From assembly GCA_026026165.1 (NCBI GenBank), contig JAPEUD010000023.1:124001-188000 (forward strand): a stretch of 64,000 bases of DNA, given 5' to 3'. Positions within the stretch are counted from its first letter, which is position 1. The number at the start of each line of letters is the position of its first letter. This DNA comes from Sarea resinae. Lineage: Eukaryota. The notes below the pieces were generated by a model. That model was not told the origin of the DNA. It saw only the letters and a program-made list of their open reading frames with translations, and searched no databases. A program made the position numbers and the translations under genes. Positions 51,799-64,000 of this stretch are shown piece by piece.

Positions 51799-53949
51799 AT
51801 GGCTGACACCGAAGACAAGGAGAAGGCTGAGAAGCTTGCGGCTGCTAAGAAGAGGGTACGTCGGCCGACGGACGGCTTTACGCTCCTTTGATAGCCTCCC
51901 CAAGACGCGCATGGCCATCCTCGTGAGAGCTGCAGCTAACTGGGTCATTTCGACTAGTATGAACAACTGAAGAAGCAAAAGGGCAAGAAGGGCGGTGCGA
52001 AGAAGAAAGAAGTGGAGAAGGCCAAAGTTGAAGCAGCCGAAGCTGAAGCCGAAGCCGAAGCCGAAGCCTCTACCACCGCAGATCAAACCGAGGAGGCGCC
52101 AAAGGAAGAAGATGCAGACGCAGATGGCCCAGAGACTGAGAAGGACACTGATGTCGCCGAGGGTACTCACAAGGGCGAATCCGAGGACCAGGACGACGCG
52201 CCGTCTGAGCCCGAAGCCAAAGACAACGAAAAGGTCCCTTCTGGTTCGTCTTCGCACAACAGACAGCCTTCGCTATCGGTGCAATCGAAGATGCGATCAT
52301 CATCCTTCCGTCGAACGTCGCTCTCTCAGACGCCTCAATCACCCACGCTGCAGCCCTCCTGGGGTCCAGAGGGTGTGCCGGAGATATATCGAAAACAGGC
52401 AGCTCGGATCGATGAGATGGAGACTACGACGAAGCAATTGGAGAAGGAATGCAAAGAGTTCGAGAGGCGGTGGAAGAAGGCCGAGGAGGAGCTTGAGGAG
52501 CTTAGAGAAGCGAACGTTGAGGTTGCTGAATTGAAGACTCGGGCACAAAAGGCGGAGGAGAAAGGGGAAGAGATCGAAAAGCTGGTTTGTTCACCTGTTC
52601 TATTGATTCTACTATCCCTTCCTCGCTCGTCCACGTCTCTTTACTACAAGCCCCTTTGGAACGGCGATTTTTCCCTTTCAGGACGACTAACACCTCTTCA
52701 GAAGAATGAGATCACCTCTCTCCAGCGACATAATTCGCACCTTCAATCTCAAACATCCAGATCAGCCCGTCACGCTTCATCTCCAAGCCTTGCGGGCTCG
52801 TCGCCCCCATCCGACCTACAAGCCCAACTCGCCTCCAAGTCCTCTACCATCGAGTCCATGGAAATGGAAATCTCTAATCTCAGGACCCAAGTCACCAAAT
52901 CTTCTTCCTCTTCCGATGCCCACGTTGAACAGATAACGGCGCTCGAGGATAAGCTGTCTCGCGCCGAAAAGACGGCCGAGGCCTCAGCTCGCGAACTCGC
53001 AGACCTAAAGAAGAATCTCGACCGTGCCAGCGAGCGTGCCGTCAAGGAGGGTTCTGAGCGCACGTCTGCCGAGACGAAGATCCGGTCCCTGGAACGTGAT
53101 CTCGAAAACGCTGAACGGCGTGCCGACGAATCATCCGCAAAGTTAGAGAGCTTGGAGAAGAAAATTGCAACCCTCACAACCCTCCACAAAGAGTCCGATG
53201 CTCGTTCACATGCCCGTGAACGCGAGCGCGAACGCTTTGCTAGAGAGGCCGCGGACCTGATGACTCGACTCGCAGCCATGGAGAACGAGAACCTTGGTCT
53301 TCGCGAGGAGCGCGAGCGAAGGAGAAAAGCAGATGCGCATGGTGGCAGCGCAGACGACGACGCTGAGATCGATGAGCTGGAGGATGAAGAGAGGAATAAA
53401 CTCCAGGCTAAAATCCGCTCCCTCGAGGCCGAGAATTTCGATCTCCGGCGGGGTGTCTGGCGCGATAAGCGGAGGTCGCTGAGTCTGCGCCAGCGTGGCA
53501 GCAGCAATGTCGGTGGCAAGGCTCCTTTCGGCTCTGCTGCTCCCACTGGTAATAACGCAAGCAACAATAATTTCGACGACGTCGACCTCGGTGGTAACCC
53601 CTCGACGGCATCCAGCAACGCAAACCCGTTCCCGCCGCACCGCCCTCAGAGCAGTACTTCCCGTAATCCCATATCGAGTGTCTTCAACGCTTTCACGGGT
53701 AACCCCGGCGGTTCCAACGACAACAACGCAGATGATCTCCTCGACGACATGGACTTTGACGAAGAGGCGTTCCGCGCTGCGCAGGAAGAGGAGGCCCGCA
53801 AGCGTGTGGAGAGGGTCCGGGAGGTGAAGAGGGGACTCACGCAGTGGAAGAGTTGGAGACTGGATCTGGTTGATGTCCGGGCGGGCTACGGCGGCGGTGC
53901 AGGAGTCGGCAGTGGCGGCTACGGGGTCGGAGAGGTGTTTGATGTCTAG
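51799..53949 (+). CDS. Coiled-coil golgin, Bug1/GM130-like
   Basis: Exons 51799-51855, 51958-52584, 52702-53949. Basic N-terminus EKLAAAKKRYEQLKKQKGKK, long coiled coil, C-terminal WRLDLVD...GEVFDV*. Confidence 0.85.
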
Positions 53950-55275
53950 GGTCTTGCAATATCTGTGTTTGGTGTTAGCTAGGTAGGTTGGCAGGTAGGT
54001 AGGTAGGGAAAGCGGGTAGGGAAACCAGTGATAGGGGATGTGTACGAGATATGGAATCACTCTTGTTGAGTGAGGGTAAGTGCTTCTTCTAGAATAGTGC
54101 CTTTGAAGGTCATGTCAGAGGGTTCAATCAAAGCTTTGCTATGTATTTCTATACGAGTGTTCCATCCTATCATATTTTATCCCACGGGTGATATTGTACG
54201 AGGTTGGAGCTTTACGCACAGATGACGAGATATCGAAAGTCTCTTATGTTAGGTAGGCTTTATCATTTATTTCTTTGCAACAGAGAGTGAATATTCTTCA
54301 GATTCATTCTGAGGATTTACAGGCAAGATTTATCGAGCATTATTATTCTCTTTGATAGTTTATCAAGACAGTGAAGTCGGCAGTACGCAGTACATGACCA
54401 GAAGTACCTGATCACTTGTCTTCACCGGAACAATACGACGCATAAAGTACTCTTTCAAGCCTGGGGGCCTCGGCGCTTTGACCTTGCATACCAGTGAGAA
54501 ATCGGGACACACACATCCATACCCCCTAACCTCACCTCTTTGCATCGGTAGCTTTGGCAAAGAGCAGCGATGCCTCCAACGCACGGTGCGCACTTGTTGA
54601 TGTTTTCTTCTTCCTGTTGATGCCATGTCAGGCGATTCTGGCCTCTTGGGGCTCTTACGAACGGTCACCGTGTTCACTTCGGTAGCAAGAATGATAGTGC
54701 TGTTAGAAGAACAATACTAAGGATGTCCGCCCAGCGGACACTAATGAATGAGACAGATACAGGGAGATCCAAACATCGCCGCCATTCCCATATACCACTC
54801 GTCTGCAAATCAACATTGATGCTTCAAGAATGAGAAGTATCCTCCCGGCCTTCATATTGTTCTGCGTCTCTCATGTCCCAGAACTTCCCTTTCCGTCCGT
54901 CTTGGGCTGCATCTTCGTCTGTTATTCTTCCAACTGTCTCTGATTGTTTCCCATTCCCATGACATCGTTTCTGCTTCTATTCTTCTGTCATGACTGCTTC
55001 TCGTATCATGAGACCTATTGTCTCTGCATGGAGCCTTCGTATATCTTCCAAATTATCTCTCTTGCGGCTTTCATATTTTCATACCTTTCCACTTGCATAC
55101 CTCAGCATCTCCACTTCTTCCTCGATCCACCGAAGGAATTGGTCTGGATCATTCGTCTTCTCATATCACTCGTGCACTCTGCAAGACTTTACTTGGACAG
55201 TTCCTCTTTCTCTTCTGGGAACACATCATCATACACATCAGCAAATCCGTCATTTTCTCCGCCAGCTATATCAAG

Positions 55276-56439
55276 ATGGCTTCCTCTCAGGCTTTTAATC
55301 CTTTCAACCAAACCTTCACTCTTCTTCTCCCGGACGAGACGCCTATCAATGTCACCATGCAAGATCTGAACGCATACGTCAACTATGGCATTGAGATTTG
55401 TATCGACTACAGTGCCCAGTTTGGCGCCTCGCTGGTTTTGCTCGTAGTCTTGCTTCTTCTGACGAAGTCCGAAAAACGTCGGTCCATCATATTCGCCGTC
55501 AACGTGTTGTCACTGGCCCTCAACACTATCCGCTCCTTGTTGCAGTGCTTCTACTTCACCGGACCGTTCTATCAGCCATATGCGTACTTCTCTCAGGATT
55601 TCTCCAGAGTACCCCACTCAGAGTATGCAACAATGGTAGCCTCGATAGTGCTCACATTTCTTCTCCTGGTGTCGCTGGAGATGTCCTTGGTTTTCCAGAC
55701 GCGGGTCGTCTGCGTCACCTTGAGAGACATCCATCGCCGCTGTATCACGCTTGTTTCGGGCCAGATCGCCCTGTGTGCGATTGGCTTTCGCTTTGCTCTG
55801 ATGGTCGAAAACGCCATATACATCATGAATGCCGAAGATTTCGAGTCTTTTGCTTGGCTGGCAAGCGCCTCGAATATCACAACATCCATCAGCATATGCT
55901 TTTTCTGCGCCGTCTTCGTCATCAAACTTGGTTTCGCCATGAGCCAGCGGAGGAAGCTAGGCCTGCGGCAGTTTGGGCCAATGCAGGTCATTTTCATTAT
56001 GGGATGCCAGACCCTGATCATTCCTTGTAAGTCCCGCTCTGAACGCTTCTAGATATATGCTAACGATCTTCCAGCTATTTTTTCCATCCTCGAATACTTC
56101 ACCAGTGTCCCTGAGTTGGGATCTAACAGCCTTACCCTGGTTGCAATATTCCTTCCGCTTTCCTCAATGTGGGCGTCTGCCTCTATCCACGACCGTACCC
56201 AGCAGTTCGCCAGTCCACAGGGAAATGGCAAGCTGCTGAGTAGCTCTAACACGAATTCGGCTTCTTCTTCGTCGGCTGGATCTAGTCCTAAGTCCCTTGT
56301 TCATCCTAATGGTCGCAGATCGTATCTGCAGTCTCCCAACGTTCGGACGGATTGTGAAGGCCTTGGACCCGACATGGAGGCTCAGGGGACCGACATCAGA
56401 GTCGAACACAAGCTAAGTGTTACAAGCACATTGGCTTAG
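55276..56439 (+). CDS. STE2: Alpha-type pheromone receptor (class D GPCR)
   Basis: MASSQAFNPFNQTFTL, seven hydrophobic segments, RRKLGLRQFGPMQVIFIMGCQTLIIP, intron 56027-56074, LVAIFLPLSSMWA. Confidence 0.97.
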
Positions 56440-57097
56440 AAGGTGGACGAGATGGTGGTACTGGCGGAGAGAGATCGTCCTAAATTGATATGCTTTTTTC
56501 CTTGTGTCTGTGTTCTGAGCATTACGGAAGTCGTTCGGCGGACTGGTCAATTCAGCATACTTTTTCATTTAGCGTCTACATTATTTAGTCCCTTGTCTTT
56601 TCCTCTTGCGGGAGTCACATGTTTCCTGGCGTTCCTTCTTTCCTGGGTCGAAGGCACTCCCGACTTCTGGTGTGTTATGCTCATATAATGCGCGAACGCG
56701 GTCGAGGGACCGCGAGACTTTTTAGCGTTCTGGGTCTCCAAACGGCAACCGCTCCTTCCTCGATGAAGCTATTCAGAACACGCTACGCACAACAATGAGT
56801 GCCCTCGAGATCACCGACCGCGTCGGTCGGCTACTTAATGAGGCTGCGAGCTCGCGTCTCTTCTCTCTTGTTTTCTTTTTCTCTCCAGATTCAGATCTGA
56901 TTGCCTTGGACGGAACCGCTTTTTTTCGATCGAACACAGCTCTTCTCGATAGCATTCAAGTTCATCAGTCAAATACATTCTCCTCTCTTATTCAATCCAA
57001 GTCAATCAGTCAGATACATTCTCCTCTCTCATAGAAACCGAGTCATTCAATCAAACACATTCTCCTCTAACCCCGGCCCGCTCCTTTGATCCGCAAG

Positions 57098-58263
57098 ATG
57101 CCTCACTTCAAGGCTTTTGTCAAGAAGGTCAAATACAGCCTGAAGGCCTTCTTCAAGAAGGACAGGAGGGTCAACGGGCTTTTGGCTCGTAAGGAGAGAA
57201 AGCCTGTGCAAGGGCGATTCTACCTCCAGGAGGACGATGATAGTCTTGCGTCTTTGGGTCAGTGGTTTTCGTTTCTTGACGTTTTGCTGTGTGAGTCTTC
57301 TAACACGATGCAGGGGAGAGCGAGGCCGACACAGAGATGATCGGCGAGAGCAAAGAGGCCGAAGAGTCCGAAGAGGGCAAAGAGTCCGAAGACGCTGAAG
57401 ACGCCCAAGACGCCCAAGAGACCAAAGAAATCCAAGAGGCCAAAAAGGTCCAAGAGATCGAAGAGATGATCGGCGAGATCGAAAAGATGATTGGCGAGAT
57501 CGAAGAGGCTGAAGAGGCTGAAGAGGTCCAAGAAGTCCAACAGGCCGAAGAGGTCCAAGAGATGAAAGAGACTGAAGAGGTCGAAGAAATCCAAGAGGCC
57601 CAAGAGGTCGACAAGGCGGAGGAGGACGAGAACGAAGGGGACGACGACGAGGAAGAGGAACAGAAGGAGGAAAAGGAGGAGGAGAAGACGAAGGAGGCGG
57701 AGGAGGAAGACGAAGAGCCCCTGGCCAGCATCCTGGAGAGTGCCTCCTCAATCTTCGGTAAGTCACCTCCAGCCTTCCTCCAATCCTCGTCTCTTCATAG
57801 CATAACTAACACTGAACATGATACAGCCTCCCCTCCCACCACCACCATCACCACTCTCCCGCTCACCGCGGCGGCCTTGGGCCTTCTTGGTCTCGCGACC
57901 AGCACAACGGCCGCCGCCGCCTCACCACAGCTCTCCCCCTCCCCCTCCTCCTCCTCCTCCTCCTCATCCTCTCCCCCCCTCTCGTCCGCCCAGAACGGGA
58001 GCCCCACGCGCACCGCGCCCGCCCCCAAGGCCGACGACTCCGCCGACTCCGCCGACTCCGACGACCAGGCCGTCGATACCACGCCCAGCAAGGGCAGCAT
58101 CGTGTCGACTATCGTGTTCTCGGATGCGTACGTGTCGTCGGACGACTCGGAGTCGTCGGCCCTGCAGGGCGATGGGCCGCGCGTGGTGCTCCCGTTCTGG
58201 GACGAGCCGGACACGGACTCGATCCGTGGCGTGTATCTCTACCATCGTGGGGCCTATAAGTAG
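57098..58263 (+). CDS. Orphan protein with basic N-terminus, Glu-rich repeats and Ser/Pro-rich tail
   Basis: Exons 57098-57257, 57314-57757, 57827-58263, joined in phase by canonical introns (GTCAGT..CTAAC..CAG and GTAAGT..CTAAC..CAG). Confidence 0.65.
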
Positions 58264-58901
58264 GCGAGGGGAGTTGAGGGGAGGAGGGATGGGATGGGAT
58301 GGGATGAGACGGCATGACATGGCACCGAAGTTTATTTTTATTATTGGCTTATTCCTTTCTTTTGTCACAGGTCTTCGTCTCCGTCAGAGTTGTATTTTCT
58401 TACCCTTTATCTTTTCTTTCTATCTTTATCCTTTCCTTTGTCACAGGCCCTCGTCTCCGTCAGGGTTGTATTCTTACCCTTTATCTTTATCCTTTTTTCT
58501 TTTTGGGTGTCTGGAGTATTACTATCATTGCATCCTATACCCATGAATCATGATGCCATCGCGTCAGACAAGCAAGCAAACAAGCAAGCAAGCTATCTCG
58601 AGGCCTCAATTATCAAGGCATCAATATCAAGCTGCTTTCCCTTTTCTCCACGTGGGAAACAAAAAGATGCGACGAAGAATGAACAAAGTAGACGAAGAAG
58701 AAGAAGAGGGAGAAGGAGATATCATCTCGCCCATCTCGCCCCTCTCGCCCATACACTCTTCTCATCGCAGACTAAATCTTACCTCGCAAGCATCCCGTAT
58801 CCCGCATCCCGCATTTCGGTTTTCGCATCTTGCACTTTGCAGTTCATAGTCTGCGGTCTCTAGTCCCCAGTCCACAACCCAGTCGGCAGTCTTTGGCTCC
58901 A

Positions 58902-58905
58902 CACA

Positions 58906-58987
<82 letters not shown>

Positions 58988-58990
58988 GAC
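58902..58990. repeat. Compound (CA)n(GA)n microsatellite
   Basis: Read directly. Confidence 0.95.
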
Positions 58991-59993
58991 AGACAGACGG
59001 TTCATAAGAGGGTTCATACGGCGTTCTGTCACATTGACGTTTAACACCGCGAATGAATCCACCGATTCCTGTTTTCCCTTTCTTCTCTTCTTCCTTACCG
59101 AGCTGACCTCACTTGACCTATCCACCTATCCACCTATCCACCATTCCCAACCCATCCCATCCCAAGCCCTCTGATCCATCTGATCCATCTGATCCACCAT
59201 CCCATCTGACCTATTTGATCCCTATAGTCTGTATATCAACGACCCACAACCAGCGTACTACCTATGTAGATATCAACCATGTTTGAGTAGCGTAGTAGCG
59301 TAGTAGCGTACTACCTATGTAGACACCGACCACATCGACCCCGCTTGAATGGCGTAGTGGCGTAACAGCGTAGTAGCACAACCAAGGACAACCGGGGGTA
59401 AAAACGGAGAGGAGAAGAGAAAGAGAAGAGGGAGGTTCGCGGGGGGCGGGGCGGAAAGGGGAAGCGAGGAAGAGAATGTGAGGAAGAGAAAAGGGGGGGA
59501 AAAGGGGGGGAAGGGGGCAAGGGACTACACAACCAGTCACGCCCAGCTCAGCTCGGCTCGGCTCGGCTCGGCTCAGCCCATCTTCAGCTCAGCTCAGCTT
59601 TCATATAAAGCGAGTTGCGTTGCGATCCAGCGAGGTCTCGGGATAACGGGATAGCGACGGACAGACCAATGAGCGTCCGGAGCCGTCAGTCACAGGGGGC
59701 AAAGACTGTCAAGGGAAGTTCGCGAAAAGAAGAAGATGATGATGAAAAGGGGATTGATATTCTCGTGCTAAAAGAGGCTAGAGAGTAAGATCCGCAGGGA
59801 GAGAGAGAGCCAGCCAACTCCGGCACGCGCCGCAGCCGCCTGGCTGGGAAGAACACGATACGATACAATGCCAATGGAGAACGCTTTGCGCCAGAGATGC
59901 CGACACGATATGAGAGAAACGTAGGAAAAGAAAGAGAAAAATTGACAAGGACGAGTAAAGTAAAAGAAGACGACAACAGCAACGCCCGCAGCC

Positions 59994-61932
59994 TCACGGC
60001 CCCGAAGCCTCACCGGCCTTCCCGTCCGCGGCAGTGCCATTGCCCGGATCTAAATAATCCGCATCCTCAGCGGCCTCGTACTCGGCGATGAGGTCCGTGA
60101 CCACGCTCCGGGCCTCGTCGAATTCGCCCAGGCCGTCGGCGAACGGGGCTTCCTTCTTGTACTGCTCCAGGAACGCGTTGCGCTTCCGCAGCCGATCGTA
60201 CTGGCTCACGATCCGCTTGAACAGCGTGGCGATGCCCGTGTGGTTGGCGAGCATGAGCCCCGACACTCGGTGCGACATCGGGATGTAAGGTGACTTCTTG
60301 GTGAGCGCGACTTGGATCGAGGCCGGGCCCCAGGGGATGAAGGTTGCGAGGCGGCGTTCGCGGATGCGCAGAAGCGATTTGTGAACCTGGCAGTCCGTGT
60401 CAGCTGGGCTGCGAGGGTAGAGCAGAGGATGTTGTTTGAAGTAGAAGATGAGCAAATCATTTGGAGGCAGGGACAGTTAGTGATACATACATCGGTGGGA
60501 TCGGCCTCGCCCTGGATGATATTCAGGATCGAGATATAACAACTCTTCTTGCTCGGGTTCGTTGACACCATCCTGTTCTTCGGCTGCAGCAGGCGTCGCA
60601 TGACATCTAGCACGGTCGTCTTCCGTACCGTCTTGGCTTGCTCGACATTGTCTCCGGTGAAGGGCGTATACGACGTCATGAGGAAGTGGCATCGCGGAGT
60701 GGGAATCAGTGCTGCAATGATGCCGACGAGGTCGTTGTGCATATAGCCCGGATAGCGCAGGGGTGTTGTGGAGGCTGACATGACGGTGGATACTAATTGA
60801 TTCGTCTGCTGGAACGAGGGCTCTTGAACATGTAGCCTGTCCGCCGCTATCCTCGACAGGGCACCGTTATCCAGAACAACCTGTACGGCAACATTGCACG
60901 ATTCAGTCCAACAGTCCCGCTTAACATATAGGAGAGATACGCACCACCGAGTCGGCATTCTGCGTCAATCGACGCATAGCTAGCAGACTGTTATACGGCT
61001 GCACCACCACATCACCGGCATTCTGTGTGTCGGGAAAGACGGAATATGTTTGTATCAGCTTTTTGGGAAAGCGATCGTTGAGCCTCTCAAGTAGAAAGCT
61101 GCCGAGACCGGAGCCGGTGCCACCCGCTATGGAGTGGAGGAGCATGAAACCCTGTGACCACCGAGACCTCATCATTAGCGTTCATGGTATCCCTCTACGC
61201 AGCGAAAGACTATACCTCGAGAGAATCACTCCCATCAGCCTCTCGATCTATCATCTCAATCACTTCCTCGTGCACGGATTCTCCCGTAGCGTACCCGGCC
61301 GCCCAATTATTTCCGGCCCCTATGCCGTTCTTGCCCACGTAGAAGTTTTCAGGATTGTAGATGTTCTTGTAGGCGCCAGTCTGGATGCTGTTGATCACCT
61401 ATTTGACTTATCTCAGCAAGAAGTCACCTTCTCCAATACCCCCTCCTGGAATATGATTTGATTATAAACAAAAAAGAAAACGTACCCTGGGCTCCAAATC
61501 CAAGAGGATCGCGCGAGGAATATATCGAGTGTCATCGGACTACAAGCAAGTAATAATCCATATCGTCAGCAAAACTCTATACTCTCATGGTGGATGACTC
61601 CAGGCGATGAGTCGGGTTGAGGGAGCGCACCTGGTAGAAAAACACATCTTTTCGATCGCCGCCCTCCGTCGCAAAGTCCTCTAGGTTCCCATCTTGGCTG
61701 ATCCCATGCTCCTGGCATAGCTGCTGCCAGAATTGGCTACCCACTAAATATGTCAGTCTGGCAGAGGGTTTGTGATTTGGTCGTGGGAACGAGGGGTGCT
61801 CGGAGGTGGGGTTGGCGCGTCGATGGACTTACCGCTGTTGCCGCACTGGCCGGCTTGGATGGTAATAATCTCTCTGGAGAAGATTGTTAGAGCTTGGTAG
61901 AAGCTGAAGACTATGAGGGCATACCGAGGCAT
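59994..61932 (-). CDS. mipA: Gamma-tubulin
   Basis: [63 protein letters not shown] and [11 protein letters not shown]. Multiple introns. Confidence 0.98.
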
Positions 61933-62226
61933 TATTGCTGCGCAAGAATATCACGGTCCATGGAATTATGGAATAAAGTGGTCGTTGATAGACGCGTTGT
62001 GAGACCCTGCCAAGAGTCTCTCGCGTCGTGCGCTATGCTCGCTTGCGCCTATGACATGGACACAACCATGGTGAACTGGGCCCAACTTCATGTACCCCCA
62101 ATACGTTGATGTCTGAAATTACAGCGTCATAATATAGATATATTCTATTGACTGGGCTACCAGTGAGGAGGTGCTATGCCAGCGACGACGAAGCGCTCAA
62201 CTAAACTATGCTCGACACCATCTAAT

Positions 62227-63528
62227 TCAATCCTTTTTCTCGACAGCCCTAGACGACCAGCGCTTATCGAGCTGTTTTCCATGACGCCACTCGAAAACAA
62301 TGCTGAACAGAGTGGCGAAGATCATTATCCGGAGTATGCCTATGAGGCCCTTCAGAGTCAGCCGCTGTTTATCCGAGGACTCGTCGTAATGATCACAGAT
62401 CTCTAAGAATCGCTTTGGGTTATCAGTAATGACGCCGTCGAGCTTCTGTCTGATGCACCACTTCATCGCGTAATCACTGTTGACAGTCCATGAGAGTATG
62501 GGTCGCTGCATTGCCTGAACCTTCCTGGTGAATTTTCGGCCCGAGGGGGTCATGAGCGCATGCTGGAGGATGCTAAAGGACACATTTGGGATCGGGAGCA
62601 ATCGGTTGGCGTATTTGATGGAAACCCCAATATATGCAATCGGAAAGCCGGGCAAATATTCATTGCACAGCGCTACATACTGAGCCTATCAAGATATTAG
62701 CTTCAGAGCGAGATTGGGGAGTCAAACACAGTCTTGACTTACAGCCCAGCAACCAAGCACAATACGATCTTTCCAAGTCTTATCGCTCGGAGTGCACTCT
62801 TCGATCGTCTGCGCAATGAGTCTCACCATATCTCTCGGGTCATCATGCAGCTGAAAGCGCCGTCAGCGATATTCACCGCCGCTAGAGCAGGACGGACTAA
62901 CTTTGATGTCCAAAATAAGCCAGATATCCTCCAGACCGGGCTTTTGAAGGTAGTTCAGAACATCTTTCAGCCGGGGCATAGGCTCATGGGGCTCCGCAAC
63001 GGTCCGCACAGTACTGAGGAATTCCCAATCACAGTCGCTGATCTTCTCGTCGCGGCCAAAACATCGTTTGAGGTCGATATCCTGATAAGTTGCATTAGCC
63101 AAAGCACTCGGGGAAAAGTAGATTCGGGTCCAGCAAGAGCAATTGTACATGTGATAGCACGACCACTCCATCCCTCGATATATGCAGATCCATCTCGATG
63201 GCATGGGCACCCTCCTCCACGGCTCCCGCAAATGCAAGGAGGGTGTTCTCCGGGAACTTCGCTTTGTAGCCTCGGTGGGCAATAGCTTGAGGGGTTTGCC
63301 TACCATCTTCACCTCGCTTCGCACAGGCAAAGGGAGCTGCAGACACTGATCAGTAACAAGCTCTAAATGACGGGATGATATATCCTCACCGGGCGGAAAG
63401 GTTGGATGTTTTGGCATCTCCGGCGTCTCAGCCAATCTATCCATTAGAATCTTCACGGCCTTCCGCACGGCTGTCACGCCCTCCATGAAGGGCTTTTTCC
63501 CCTCTGGTGGTACACCTGGCGTCGACAT
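62227..63528 (-). CDS. Glycerophosphodiester phosphodiesterase-family protein, Pgc1-like phosphatidylglycerol phospholipase C
   Basis: IAHRGYKAKFPENTLLAF, AIEMDLHISRDGVVVLSH-D, ILLDIK, SWTVN, DGVITDNP and a C-terminal hydrophobic anchor. Start codon uncertain. Confidence 0.9.
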
Positions 63529-64000
63529 GATGTCCTGGATTCCGTGCCCTTGGTTCTGACAGAAAACTCTAGATCGCAGAAAGGTGCACTGTGCGAGCCT
63601 CGTGTCTTGTGGAATTCGATGAACAATCTCAGACGTCAGTCGGGCGGAAAGATGGAACCGGTAGGCAATACGTTGTGCCTGGCTAGCAAGGAGAAGGCAT
63701 CGCTCTATTCTATGGATGAAAGATCAAGTAGAAACGGCCTCCCGCACCAGGGTCTCCAGGAGATCCTCGATCCATGAAAAGGCAGAACATGATAAGAATG
63801 AGGTGATGGCAGAGCGGAACCCTGAGGGGATCCGAGCGACTCTCAGGTCTACGCCGAATGAGTAATGTTGTCGATGAAGATCAATGACCCGTGTCTCCAC
63901 TCGCCATTAGTGATTACTATCTACGTACATCAATCTCACGGAGTAGACGAAAGCAGCATAGAAGAGGGACGAACACAACACAAAGTGCCCGGCCGCGGGC

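Noticed and set aside
52770..54060. Long minus-strand ORFs over the golgin gene
   Set aside because: Antisense shadows of a GC-rich coding sequence.
56965..57068. CRISPR-like repeat-spacer appearance
   Set aside because: Only three degenerate units, the spacers resemble each other, the context is eukaryotic and there are no cas genes. It is a minisatellite.

Overview
This is a gene-dense euchromatic segment of a filamentous ascomycete (Pezizomycotina-type) nuclear genome, with short GT-AG introns, CTRAC-type branch points and many microsatellites. I can support 19 protein genes, most of them spliced and split across the ORF track: a DUF1996 secreted protein (partial), NOP16, a ZIP7/Yke4 zinc transporter, a GPI-anchored TTVLPGG-repeat protein, a DSBA/FrnE-like thioredoxin with micro-exons, a Pom1-type DYRK kinase, a Pex28/29-type peroxin, a CECR5-like HAD hydrolase, VMA3, SNU13, gel1 (GH72), BZZ1, APS1, MAF1, a small conserved-looking hypothetical protein, a Bug1/GM130-like golgin, STE2, an orphan acidic protein, gamma-tubulin and a Pgc1-like GDPD. 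The best leads outside the routine annotation are: (1) a strand-asymmetric, highly base-paired segment at about 3.4-4.15 kb that looks like an unannotated structured RNA; (2) the hypothetical protein at 50724-51419, which aligns by eye to LAMTOR3/MP1 (Ragulator roadblock fold) and lies next to MAF1; (3) a probable spliced, nested-hairpin transcript with a 24-codon ORF in the 6.7 kb HAD-VMA3 gap; (4) a RIP-like mutated relic gene at about 22.8-23.65 kb; (5) clustered HMG-box AACAAT motifs upstream of STE2. I found no tRNA, rRNA, CRISPR array or intact transposon. All identifications come from motif recognition by eye; no searches were run.
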